From NCBI GenBank assembly GCA_029027825.1, contig CP093399.1:177828-241827 (forward strand): a stretch of DNA of 64,000 bases. The letters run 5' to 3'. Source of the DNA: Oceanospirillales bacterium (GTDB lineage: Bacteria > Pseudomonadota > Gammaproteobacteria > Pseudomonadales > Balneatricaceae). The notes beneath the pieces are model-generated. The model worked only from the letters and a program-made list of their open reading frames with translations, did not search any database and was not told where the DNA came from. The position numbers and the translations under genes are program-made. This document shows positions 1 through 9,148 of the stretch, piece by piece. Numbering within the stretch: position 1 is the first letter of the stretch; each line of letters starts with the position of its first letter.

Positions 1-750
1 TCTTTGGCAGACCTTGTCGAAGGGTTAAATACTGTACTTGGCGAGGTACAATATAATTACTTAGATACTGGTGTTATCGGCACTGATGTAATTAAAGTGG
101 GCTTTATTTACAAAGTAGCAAAAATCCAGGCAGTGGGTGACTTTGCAATCTTGAATCAAAGCGTAGCTGGAGGGTTTAACGATGCCAAGAATCGCCCTTC
201 GCTGATCCAGACTTTTTTAGAAGTCACTTCAAATGAGAAACTTACGCTGGCAGTTAATCATTTTAAATCTAAGGGATCTAGTTGTGATGATGTGCAGGAT
301 CCCGATGCACATGACGGGCAAGGAAATTGTAACGGTACTCGTACTCAAGCTGCCAAAGCCTTAGTGAGCTATTTAGCAACCGATCCTACTCGCAGTGGTG
401 ATCCGGATTTCTTAATCATTGGTGACTTGAACGCCTATGCAAAAGAAGATCCGATAGCGGCCATAAAGACAGCAGGGTATAAAGATTTACTAGCTACCGC
501 AGTGCCAAATAATCACTACTCTTACGTGTTCAAAGGTGTGTTTGGCTATTTAGATCACGCTTTGGCAAGTGCCAGTTTGGCGCGACAAGTGACAGATATT
601 GGCGTGCTGCATATTAACGCAGATGAGCCGCGAGTGACCGATTATAATGTAGAAAACAAAACCGATAGGCAAGTATCGCTGATGTTTACGCGCGACGCTT
701 TTAGGTCATCTGATCATGATCCAGTGGTGATTGAATTAACCTTAGAATAA
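1..750 (+). CDS. ExeM/NucH family extracellular endonuclease, C-terminal part (5' truncated by window edge)
   Basis: Frame open from base 1; EEP-type motifs NHFKSKG, IIGDLNAYAKEDP, GYLDHALAS, SSDHDPV. Confidence 0.85.
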   Translation, partial: SLADLVEGLNTVLGEVQYNYLDTGVIGTDVIKVGFIYKVAKIQAVGDFAILNQSVAGGFNDAKNRPSLIQTFLEVTSNEKLTLAVNHFKSKGSSCDDVQDPDAHDGQGNCNGTRTQAAKALVSYLATDPTRSGDPDFLIIGDLNAYAKEDPIAAIKTAGYKDLLATAVPNNHYSYVFKGVFGYLDHALASASLARQVTDIGVLHINADEPRVTDYNVENKTDRQVSLMFTRDAFRSSDHDPVVIELTLE

Positions 751-765
751 GCGGCACTAGCGCTG

Positions 766-792
766 GATAGTGACAAAAGTTCTGTCACTATC
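766..792. terminator. Stem-loop after nuclease gene
   Basis: Perfect 10-bp stem gatagtgaca/tgtcactatc, 7-nt loop, no U-tract. Confidence 0.4.
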
Positions 793-1095
793 TAAACGGC
801 AGAAGATGGTTAGAATCTAGGGCCGCTTGAAAAATAAAAGCAAAAATAGGAATGATCAGCTGTTGGCTGATTAAGGTGGTTCCGGTCGTTGCAAGTGCTC
901 TCGATATATTTTGCAGGACGATCACTGATAGCTGCCTTGCAAATGTTGGTGAATTTTACCGACAATATGCGATGGGCAGGCGCAGGCTGCGCGGCTCCGA
1001 AAAAATTTACGGTTATCTACAATTCTCTGGCAAGTTCGACAGGTCCCTAGTATATAATATTCGCTTGTAACTAAATTTTAAAGAGCGTACATACT

Positions 1096-1773
1096 ATGGA
1101 TTTCACGGGCGTTTATAATAATAGCCTAACGGATATAAATCAGTGGCTCTCCCAAGACAGCTCCTCAGTGTTTATTGAATACGCTTGGCTATTATCCGGT
1201 ATTACAATCGTTTTTTTGTTCAGCTTGTGGAGTATTAACCGGACCATAAGCAAGTCCATCCTACATACATTGGCTCAGCAGCTAAAAGCAGCAGCGGACC
1301 AAGAGGAAAATTTAATAAGCGGTTTTTTACAAGCACTACAGTTGGAATCCAAAATTAATTTTTCCCGCTACCAGCATGATATAGGCTCGTTATTAGAAAA
1401 TATCACTGAAAATGACGCCCTGTACCTTCGCTGTTCAATTGATAGCGAGAGTGCCCTCATCTATCGGTCCAATACCCACTTATTAGCGAAACTTAAAAAT
1501 TCAGCGCTACGTTTGCAAGTAGTCAAAGCACACACACTTTTTCATAGCCTGCAGATCGTTTTACAAGATCATCAAAAGCAATACCATCAATTTTTGGAAT
1601 TAGACAATCAAGCGCAAGTATCAGATAAACCGATAGAGTTAAATCGTGCTCAGCAAGAGTTTAATCGGCTGCAGTTACAAGCTAAGCAATTGCAAAAAGA
1701 TCACTTACTGATGACGACGCAAATGCAGCAAATGATAAATATGTTACGTGCTTACCGAGTTTCTCAAAAATGA
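1096..1773 (+). CDS. Hypothetical protein, one N-terminal TM segment and Gln-rich coiled-coil C-terminus
   Basis: 225-aa ORF with no competing ORF; hydrophobic AWLLSGITIVFLFSLW; TATAAT-like sequence upstream. Confidence 0.65.
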   Translation: MDFTGVYNNSLTDINQWLSQDSSSVFIEYAWLLSGITIVFLFSLWSINRTISKSILHTLAQQLKAAADQEENLISGFLQALQLESKINFSRYQHDIGSLLENITENDALYLRCSIDSESALIYRSNTHLLAKLKNSALRLQVVKAHTLFHSLQIVLQDHQKQYHQFLELDNQAQVSDKPIELNRAQQEFNRLQLQAKQLQKDHLLMTTQMQQMINMLRAYRVSQK

Positions 1774-1884
1774 CGATCTCACTGATGCAGGACATAAGTC
1801 ATAGCAGCACTGTAGATATGCAAGCTAACCCACAGTGAAAACTTAAAAGTGAACTGGATTTTTAAATCGGAACTATTTGTGGCA

Positions 1885-2238
1885 TTAAACTACCAGTACG
1901 GCCAAAAAATAGATGCTCTTATCGACGTGCTGATGGTTAGCTAAGATACGAATCGTTAAGCCTCGGGCGGCTAAATCTTTATTGATGGTACTGTTAAACA
2001 ATAGAGAGCGAAATTTTTTATAGCTAGGCGGTTCTTTGAGTTTTAAAAAAGAGAGTGTGAATGAATACAGCTCGGGTAGAGTGAACTGCCATTGTCGATT
2101 GACGACTGCTGAGCTAGAGTGCTTTCGCAACTGTTGAATCAGCTTTTGATCATTTTTTGAAAAAAGCACAAAAAGCTCAGTGATCTGGTCTGCATTTAAC
2201 ATCAAACAGCAGCAGAATCGGTGGATTGAGGACTGCAC
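1885..2238 (-). CDS. Hypothetical protein (start may be the internal Met of MLNADQ)
   Basis: 117-aa ORF downstream of and co-oriented with cbtA; no recognised motif. Confidence 0.55.
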   Translation of the reverse strand: MQSSIHRFCCCLMLNADQITELFVLFSKNDQKLIQQLRKHSSSAVVNRQWQFTLPELYSFTLSFLKLKEPPSYKKFRSLLFNSTINKDLAARGLTIRILANHQHVDKSIYFLAVLVV

Positions 2239-2378
2239 TTAACTAAAAATATTGATTTTACAGAGCTAATAGCAAACATTACCTTAAACTATGCTCGCTG
2301 CTAAACGGTTAAAATTCGATTGTAAAATCAATATTTAGCTTCCCTTATTCTACTTTTCATTCACTGATGTATAGTTGA

Positions 2379-3113
2379 TTAAACTGAATGAGTAAAAAAT
2401 CTTTTTAGACTAAAGCCGGACAGTGCGCCCATCATGATAAATAAGATCAACATGCCGACAGCAGTCATCAGATAAAACTCGCTGGTCAATTCTAACAGGT
2501 GCTGGATAGCTACAGGATCAGAGTTAGCAAACCCAGGCTCGCTAGCTAAAGGTGCGCCGATAAGATGTGGCAAAGCGATGACAAGGACGCCTGCAAGCTT
2601 AAATTTGTTCGCTGTATAATAGAGAATCGCAATACCTACCGCACTGGAAATAGCGCAAAAGAGCCACCAAATTTGACGGTGTTCAAGCTCTGCAGCATTG
2701 GTGCCAGGGACTTCTGGGTGTAATCCGAGCAGTGCTGGAGCGATAAAGATGCAAAACATAGCCACTATCCCCCAAGCAACCCCACGCACGGCATTCAATT
2801 TAGGCTTGACTGATTTTTGATTGTGCAGAGCCATCAAAGAAATCATAATCAGTGCGAGGGCGAAGGCGATCGTAATATTTGCAGCTAAGGTGGAAATGAT
2901 GCGAGGCATACCATCTTCTGGTGACCATGCCTCACCATGTGCGTGACCTGTGGTTACTGCTGCATGATGATGAGCGACCGTCGGTTCTGTTACTTCATAG
3001 GCTTCAGCTGCATAGATGATCGGATTGATTTGTAGTTGTTGGAAAAGCCCGTAGCTCAGGCCTGAAATGATACCGACCATCAAAGCCGATAATATTAGAT
3101 TGCGCAAAGTCAT
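2379..3113 (-). CDS. cbtA: Cobalt transporter subunit CbtA
   Basis: PIIYAAEAYE, His-rich loop HHHA...GHAHGEAWSPEDG, LHPEVPG..AAEL..RQIWW; downstream of cbtB and a B12 riboswitch. Confidence 0.88.
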   Translation of the reverse strand: MTLRNLILSALMVGIISGLSYGLFQQLQINPIIYAAEAYEVTEPTVAHHHAAVTTGHAHGEAWSPEDGMPRIISTLAANITIAFALALIMISLMALHNQKSVKPKLNAVRGVAWGIVAMFCIFIAPALLGLHPEVPGTNAAELEHRQIWWLFCAISSAVGIAILYYTANKFKLAGVLVIALPHLIGAPLASEPGFANSDPVAIQHLLELTSEFYLMTAVGMLILFIMMGALSGFSLKRFFTHSV

Positions 3114-3268
3114 TGTTTTGTTCCATGGAAAAAATTGAATTGATCATGAATGCTTGAAATTTAGACGTCTCAAAGCCACTCAATATAGGAGCTGTTGAGT
3201 GAATGTTGTCCACGGTAAGTTTGCTGTAGAACTTAAATTAATAGCAGGCCGCGGTAGATAGCTAAATT

Positions 3269-3454
3269 TTAATGGCAGGGAAACGCAAAGGCGTGACGGG
3301 CATCATGAGCGGCATTGTGTACAAGTTCCATAGGAGCGAAGCCAACAAATAGAACTAATGCAACGCCTATTCCAAGGGCGACAAGGATTTGCTTAGTATT
3401 TGAAACAGCAAAGCTTGCTGTTTGACTAGGGGTAGATGATTGAACATTTTGCAT
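3269..3454 (-). CDS. cbtB: Cobalt transporter subunit CbtB
   Basis: 61 aa, one TM helix, C-terminal VHNAAHDARHAFAFPCH signature. Confidence 0.9.
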   Translation of the reverse strand: MQNVQSSTPSQTASFAVSNTKQILVALGIGVALVLFVGFAPMELVHNAAHDARHAFAFPCH

Positions 3455-3465
3455 GATTTTCTCCA

Positions 3466-3762
3466 GTACACATCCCCGTGTACAGACAGTAGTTAGGTTA
3501 AAATTTGCTATTTTACAAAATACAGGCTGTGGCTGGTTCCGGGCTCGTGTTCTAAATACCTAATGTAATGTTTGACCTTATTACTAGGTGAACCATACCG
3601 TTGCGGGGGCAGCGAAGGCAACATCGAAAAATCGATAGTCTCACTTCCCATTTAACCTTTTAGTACCTTTCAGCATACTGAAATCGATTAAAAACTAAAC
3701 TGAATTTGAGATTGTTTAGTAAAGGATATTGCTGACTAACTCCTTTGGCACCACAGCCTATA
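3466..3762 (-). promoter_or_regulatory. Cobalamin riboswitch with P13 expression-platform hairpin
   Basis: Minus strand: P1 taggctgtgg/ccacagcct, AGGTTAAATGGGAA, GCTGCCCCCGCAACGGTA, GAGCCCGGAACC; downstream hairpin GTACAC-GGGGAT-GTGTAC next to the GGAG RBS, loop complementary to L5 CCCC; precedes a cobalt transporter. Confidence 0.9.
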
Positions 3763-3918
3763 GATTAGCAGAACTGTCAGTGTAGGTGAATGAGAAAAAT
3801 GATAAATAATACCCTTTGTCTCACTAAGATCATTCACTGTCGGTTTCGTTTCACCTGAATACGTGCCTTAGGAGTGGATGCAGAGCTTATGTTAAACTTT
3901 TGCATTGCATTGCGGAAT

Positions 3919-4539
3919 TCAGGACAAAGCTAGCCAGCAACCGACCAAAATTATTAAAGTCCCAGAAATACGATTTAATAATTTAACATTGTGCTTGTTC
4001 ATCAGCAGATGACGGAGTGCTTTCCCGCCAGATGCATACAGCATCATCGAACAGAACTCCAATAGTAAAATGATAGCAATCATTACACTCAACTGTGGTG
4101 CTAATGGTTGATCGGCGATTAAGAAAGAGGGTAATAAGGTGACAAAAAAAGCCCAAGCTTTGGGGTTGGCGATGGCGGTGACAAAGCCATTGAGCGCCAG
4201 CTGTGATCCGGCTTTTTTCGGTGTGGAGCCAGTTCCATCATCGAGTACTAGTTTACCTCTCGAACGGCACATTTGATAACCTAGCCACACTAAATAGGCG
4301 CCTCCGAGTAATTTTAAAACGATAAATGCCTCAGGGAGTTTTAGCAGCAGTGCAGCGACTCCTAATGCTGCTGCGCAGGCGACCAGGGCAACGCCTAGTA
4401 ATTCCCCGCACATCATAAACATCGCTTTTTTTATCCCGACTGACATCCCCAAAGTAAGCGCTAATAACATGCACATACCAGGAGTGATAGAGACGAAAAA
4501 GAAAGTAGGTACAAAAAGGTAAATCAAAGTTAATGACAT
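3919..4539 (-). CDS. LysE/RhtB family translocator
   Basis: SITPGMCMLLAL, LKLLGGAYLVWLG, GFVTAIANPKAWAFF motifs. Confidence 0.9.
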   Translation of the reverse strand: MSLTLIYLFVPTFFFVSITPGMCMLLALTLGMSVGIKKAMFMMCGELLGVALVACAAALGVAALLLKLPEAFIVLKLLGGAYLVWLGYQMCRSRGKLVLDDGTGSTPKKAGSQLALNGFVTAIANPKAWAFFVTLLPSFLIADQPLAPQLSVMIAIILLLEFCSMMLYASGGKALRHLLMNKHNVKLLNRISGTLIILVGCWLALS

Positions 4540-4661
4540 AAAGTTACTTCTAGGGCGATGAAATTTAGCTTAAGGAGCTTAACTGAACAGACTTGAGCTC
4601 AGTAGTTTAGTCTATTTACGGTCAGCTTCTTAGGACTAGTCTCGCTTGATTTAATGAGTGT

Positions 4662-5525
4662 TTACAGAGGATTCATAGCTAATAGTTGTTCGAAGCTAGG
4701 AAATTCTTGTTTATCTTCACGTTGCAGCCAATTGTATTCAGGGTACTTGGCTTGACCTTCAATAATATGTAAGGTGTAAGCATGTCGGGTTTTCTCTGAT
4801 CTATTGGCTTTTGAAAAGTGCGGAAATCGACCATCAAACATGATTAAAGTACCGGCCTTTACTGGTAGAGGTACAAAGTCTTGCTGTTGATATTGATTGT
4901 CAGCAAACTGTTGAAACTCTACACCTATACCATTTTTTTTACGCTTCATGATTTTTTCAAGTGGGGCTTTCTGGCCACCAGGCATACCCCATAAACAGCC
5001 ATTTTCGAGTGTAGCATCTTCTAGTGCGAACCAAAAACCAACCACGCTCATCGGTTCGGTATAGAGGAAGGTAGAATCTTGGTGAATATCGACAACCCCT
5101 CCGATACGGGGCTGTTTAAAAATATACATGCTCTGTAGTAATCGAGGATCTTTAAATCCTATTTGTCGACAAATATTTTGGATCTTCTGGTCAGTGCTGA
5201 AATGTCGAAAAGTAGCATCGTATTGGTGCATAGCATGACCGAGTTTATTAATGGCGAGGTCTTTATCGACGGTGATGTCGCCTTTCTCGTCAATGGCTTC
5301 CTCTTCGAAAAAACAGCGAATCTTGTCTCCCGAGCTTAAAAAATAATCATCGGCATTACGCTGTTGTTCACGGGTGCTGAAAATTGAGATATCGGCGGCT
5401 GAAAATTGATTGACGATTTGCTTCGCTCTCTGTCGTAACAGCTGGCACTGGGCTAAATCTTTAAAATTTTCAATCACACAATAACCGTGATTATGATAAC
5501 TATTTAGCTGATCATCATTTAACAT
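4662..5525 (-). CDS. Phytanoyl-CoA dioxygenase (PhyH/PHYHD1-like) Fe(II)/2OG oxygenase; start placed at MLNDDQ
   Basis: QSMYIFKQPRIGG, HQD Fe ligands, WFALEDATLENGCL, distal His in FPHFSKAN. Confidence 0.88.
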   Translation of the reverse strand: MLNDDQLNSYHNHGYCVIENFKDLAQCQLLRQRAKQIVNQFSAADISIFSTREQQRNADDYFLSSGDKIRCFFEEEAIDEKGDITVDKDLAINKLGHAMHQYDATFRHFSTDQKIQNICRQIGFKDPRLLQSMYIFKQPRIGGVVDIHQDSTFLYTEPMSVVGFWFALEDATLENGCLWGMPGGQKAPLEKIMKRKKNGIGVEFQQFADNQYQQQDFVPLPVKAGTLIMFDGRFPHFSKANRSEKTRHAYTLHIIEGQAKYPEYNWLQREDKQEFPSFEQLLAMNPL

Positions 5526-5677
5526 ATTAATACCCAATACAAGTTTGATAACACGACAGATTAGAGTAGTAATAAGGTAATAGTAACCTTGAGTCAAATA
5601 GTTATTTGATTAATCAATATTTTCAGTTAGCTGTGTACTGAAACAGTAGTTTTATGGTTTTGCAGTTGATATTCATC

Positions 5678-5889
5678 TATAAGAGACCTCTGCATAACGT
5701 TGCGCGTGAAGGTAAAACAAGGCAAAAACCGGCGAGATAGCGGAGTTAGTATGCCCCTCACTTTGGGTTCAGTGTGCGCTTCTTTATAGGTGTTACTGGT
5801 GTAAAAGGGCATATTGAACTGGTTTTTAACGCCGTATTACCGAGCGCAGTTATCATACACTTTGGGTAAGTTATGCAGAGGTTTTTATA
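5678..5889 (+). mobile_element. MITE-like repeat family B, full copy (~212 bp)
   Basis: Perfect 13-bp terminal IR acctctgcataac (5686-5698)/gttatgcagaggt (5870-5882), TATA at both ends; related copies at 18.9 and 60.7 kb. Confidence 0.7.
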
Positions 5890-6086
5890 AAATACTTAGT
5901 CACTAAATTAAGCTACTGGAGCTGCAAAGTGTGCGAGAATTCACGTTAAATTTATTCCGCTGGTGCCGCTAATATTTTATTCGCTGCAGTTAATGATAGA
6001 TGACGCTGGATTCAGGCAATAAGTTGGCATAATCAGTTAACCCCTAGCTCCCAGCGAGTGAAAAGGTCCAATATGAGCAGGTTGAA

Positions 6087-7628
6087 CTATTGGAACGTGG
6101 TGCTTAATTCGATGATTAATTTAGTTTTGTCTCGAATAGCATCTCCATTTTTCTTAACTACGCTAGAGAGCTGGGTGTTTTGTTGGGATATATTATCGAT
6201 CTCTTGTAAGCTATGGGTAAATTGATTAGCCACTGTACGCTGCTGTTCAGTGGTTGAGCTTATCGACAAGGTCATACTGCTAACTTGACTCATCAGCTCG
6301 GTAATGTTGCTGATGGAATCGCGAGTAAGGCGACTTTCTCTGGAGCAGTCGTCCGCCTGTGATTGACTTATTTTCATCATATTACTGAAGTTGCCTAGTA
6401 CTTCTTGTAACTGCGTAATTGAACTTTGGATGTTGCTGGCCGCTTGCTGGGTTCGCTTTGACAGGTTCCTAACTTCATCGGCAACCACTGCGAAGCCTCG
6501 ACCTTGCTCTCCTGCCCTAGCGGCTTCAATAGCGGCGTTAAGAGCAAGTAAGTTGGTTTGCGAGGCAATGCCGTTAATCTCTTCCATCGTTTGATTGATG
6601 TGGTTGGCATTTTCTATCATCCCCATCGCTGTGTTCGACGCGCTCCCGACGTTTTCAGCCAAATCTGAAGTTTTTTGTTGGGTGATCTCTATCACCGATG
6701 TTGCATTTTGACACTCAGCGTAAACGCTTTCTACCTTGTGGTGGGTCTCAACTGTATTGTGGTTAACGGTGCTAATACTCTCGTTTAATTCATTTAAAGA
6801 GAGTAATAAGTTGGTTAAATGCTGTTTTTCGTTCTTCAGCCCCTGTCGTGACTGTTGTGCTGATTCATCTAATGATTCCGATATGTCTGACAACTGGTAG
6901 CCAATATCTAGGCCTCTGCCTAGTACGGTAGAGATTCTGGACTGTAATAATTGACTCTGGTATTTGATAATCGCGGTATAGCCTTTGCCGGAAATGATTA
7001 GCCGTGTCGGGCTGTCTATTTTGGCGGCCAATTTTTTTGCATAGCGTGGGAAAGTCAGTAGCTCCTCTGAAAAAATGGCAAAGATGCTGGCGATAAAGAT
7101 GAGTTGGATGATGATGCTTGCTTCGACGCGACTAAAATATAATTGGCAACCAATAGAGATGCTGAAAGACATGAGTGTAAGTAGGTATTTTAATCTGGAG
7201 TTAGCATGAAAATCGAAGACTTTTTTTCTTTGGTGTAGACCGGCATACAATGCTTGCGCTGCCTGTTTGTGCTGGCTACATGGTTTTGTTCTAACTGATT
7301 GATAACCAATAATTATATTGTTTTCGTAGAGCGGGGTTACATATGCGTCTACCCAGTAGTAGCCTCCTTGTTTGCAGCGGTTTTTGACTAGGCCGCGCCA
7401 TGCAGAATCGCTTTTCAGTTTACTCCACAAATCAGCGAAAGCGGCTTTTGGCATGTCTTTATGCCGAACAATATTGTGATCTTCGCCTAGGAGTTCCTCC
7501 CTCGTAAATCCACTTATTTCACAAAAATAGTCATTAACGTACAAAATTTTACCTTGTAAGTCAGTGATAGAGACTAATTGCTGGTCGCTTGGGAAGTGAA
7601 TTTCATGAGTTGAAGAATTAGTCATCAT
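6087..7628 (-). CDS. aer: Aer-like PAS-domain methyl-accepting chemotaxis (aerotaxis) receptor
   Basis: N-terminal PAS ([13 protein letters not shown]...[10 protein letters not shown]...[15 protein letters not shown]), TM hairpin, MCP tip [31 protein letters not shown]; GGAGG RBS before ATG 7628. Confidence 0.85.
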   Translation of the reverse strand: MMTNSSTHEIHFPSDQQLVSITDLQGKILYVNDYFCEISGFTREELLGEDHNIVRHKDMPKAAFADLWSKLKSDSAWRGLVKNRCKQGGYYWVDAYVTPLYENNIIIGYQSVRTKPCSQHKQAAQALYAGLHQRKKVFDFHANSRLKYLLTLMSFSISIGCQLYFSRVEASIIIQLIFIASIFAIFSEELLTFPRYAKKLAAKIDSPTRLIISGKGYTAIIKYQSQLLQSRISTVLGRGLDIGYQLSDISESLDESAQQSRQGLKNEKQHLTNLLLSLNELNESISTVNHNTVETHHKVESVYAECQNATSVIEITQQKTSDLAENVGSASNTAMGMIENANHINQTMEEINGIASQTNLLALNAAIEAARAGEQGRGFAVVADEVRNLSKRTQQAASNIQSSITQLQEVLGNFSNMMKISQSQADDCSRESRLTRDSISNITELMSQVSSMTLSISSTTEQQRTVANQFTHSLQEIDNISQQNTQLSSVVKKNGDAIRDKTKLIIELSTTFQ

Positions 7629-7909
7629 ATTTTGCCTCCATAGCAATCTGCAGGGCGGTCTTTTGAGTGCTAAAAATATTAACAGTTTTGTAAGTATGTA
7701 AGCTAGGAATGTTGGCTTTGTTTATGTTACGTTCATCAAAAATAATAAAAATGCTTAGAGCTAAAAAAGGTCAGTCGCTCAAGTTGGAATAGGTTATTTG
7801 AGTGGTTTGTCAGTTTCTTTTGAAAGGTGAAAATAATACTTTAGAGTGGGCTGTTTAAATATGATATAGACAGAATTTATAATGATTGTTAGTTCCAAAT
7901 TAACTTATG

Positions 7910-8069
7910 CCTGAATCCGTGACTTCAAAGTGAATACAGAGTGTAAGATATTGGCTCTACAGTGGAATTGAAAAATCTTAGCGGCACCCATAGGCTCAGC
8001 GGGTATTTTTCTAACCACTGTAGAATCAAGAGCTTGTGCTATGTTGTGCAGTGAAGTCACTGATTTAGG
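7910..8069 (+). mobile_element. MITE-like repeat family A, 160-bp internally deleted copy
   Basis: 18-bp imperfect TIR cctgaatccgtgacttca/tgaagtcactgatttagg; matches the 208-bp copies except for a 48-bp internal deletion. Confidence 0.8.
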
Positions 8070-8208
8070 TTATAAAAATCATAACTGCGATTTAGCTTTC
8101 CTTGAGTTTAGCACTAGCTAGATCAATTTCTGGGTTTATGGTGTGCCCCTGAAAGTTTCTACTGAGTATGCCAAGCAATCGGTTGGTCCGTACGGCTTAA
8201 ACCTGGAC

Positions 8209-8320
8209 CCGCTAAATAAAAGCATCCCTGCATAAAACCCATGGCTTCAGTGGTTCTTTTGCTAATTGCCGTACAGATTAGAGCTTGCGCTCTGTGGCGC
8301 TGTCAATTCATTGATTCAAG
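8209..8320 (+). repeat. Degenerate family A copy (3' half recognisable)
   Basis: cgctaaataaaagcatccctgcataaaacccat...gagcttgcgct...gattcaag aligns with the 3' half of 39497-39704. Confidence 0.6.
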
Positions 8321-8376
8321 TTAAAACTAGGGGTAATTAAAAGCTTCTAGATTGTAATTGAATCTACATTCTGTAT

Positions 8377-8395
8377 GATAATGCTAATAATTCCT
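8377..8395 (+). promoter_or_regulatory. Fur box upstream of the TonB operon
   Basis: GATAATGCTAATAATTCCT, 14/19 match to GATAATGATAATCATTATC, 15 bp before ATG. Confidence 0.65.
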
Positions 8396-8410
8396 ATTTA
8401 GATTAATATA

Positions 8411-9148
8411 ATGAAAATATTCCACTATAACTTGCTTTATTTTGTTTTGATGATGTCTTCTAATCATATTTTTGCTGACAGCCTTAATAAAGCAGAGGAT
8501 TCGGCTGGAGTAATCGCTGCTCATTCGCAGCAGCAAGCTAAAACTGATGATCCAGTAAGTCGTTTGAATCTAGAGTACAGCGGGCTGCTTGCCGAACTTG
8601 ATGTTGCTGTCGATTACAACAGTAAGCTACAGAAAAAATTAACGCTGCAAAAAGGTCAATTGTTGAATTTGCAGCAACAGTTAGTATCGCTGCCGAATAT
8701 AGAGAAGAATATTTACCCTTTGATAAAGCGCATGCAGGGTAGTTTGGAGAGTTTTGTTACTGAAGATTTGCCTTTTAGGGTTGAGCAAAGGCAGCAGAGT
8801 TTGCGGCAGTTAGATAAAGATTTAAGTAGTGATAGTCTTTCTTTGAGTCAAAAGTATCATAAATTATTACAGGCATACAAAAAAGAAGCTGAATATGCCC
8901 ATAAGATGCAAACATACCAAGGTGAGTTGTCTGACAATGGCTCCCAAGTGAACTTTTTAGTATTAGGTAGGGTTGCCTTTTTTTATCAAACATTAGATAG
9001 GCGCTATTCGGCAAAATGGTCGGCGGCTTCTTCGAAATGGATAGCCCTGAATCCGAAGTTCAACGATGAGATCAGCAAGGCTATAAATATGGCTAGTGGT
9101 GCCAGCGTTGATAAGCTGATTAACTTTCCAATGTTGGGGTTGAAATAA
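8411..9148 (+). CDS. DUF3450 family protein (TtpB-like TonB system accessory)
   Basis: Signal peptide, coiled coil, PLIKRM..SLE.FV..DLPF...R, FLVLGRVAFFYQT; first gene of a ttpC-exbB-exbD-tonB operon. Confidence 0.85.
   Translation: MKIFHYNLLYFVLMMSSNHIFADSLNKAEDSAGVIAAHSQQQAKTDDPVSRLNLEYSGLLAELDVAVDYNSKLQKKLTLQKGQLLNLQQQLVSLPNIEKNIYPLIKRMQGSLESFVTEDLPFRVEQRQQSLRQLDKDLSSDSLSLSQKYHKLLQAYKKEAEYAHKMQTYQGELSDNGSQVNFLVLGRVAFFYQTLDRRYSAKWSAASSKWIALNPKFNDEISKAINMASGASVDKLINFPMLGLK

Noticed and set aside
852-1070. 72-aa ORF between the nuclease and the hypothetical gene
   Set aside because: No motif or RBS; overlaps the likely promoter of the next gene
3251-3257. ops-like gcggtag
   Set aside because: Incomplete match and on the strand opposite to cbtBA transcription
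5606-5617. FNR-like TTGAT-TA-ATCAA
   Set aside because: Spacer is 2 bp rather than the required 4
5627-5812. 61-aa ORF
   Set aside because: Lies largely within repeat family B; chance frame
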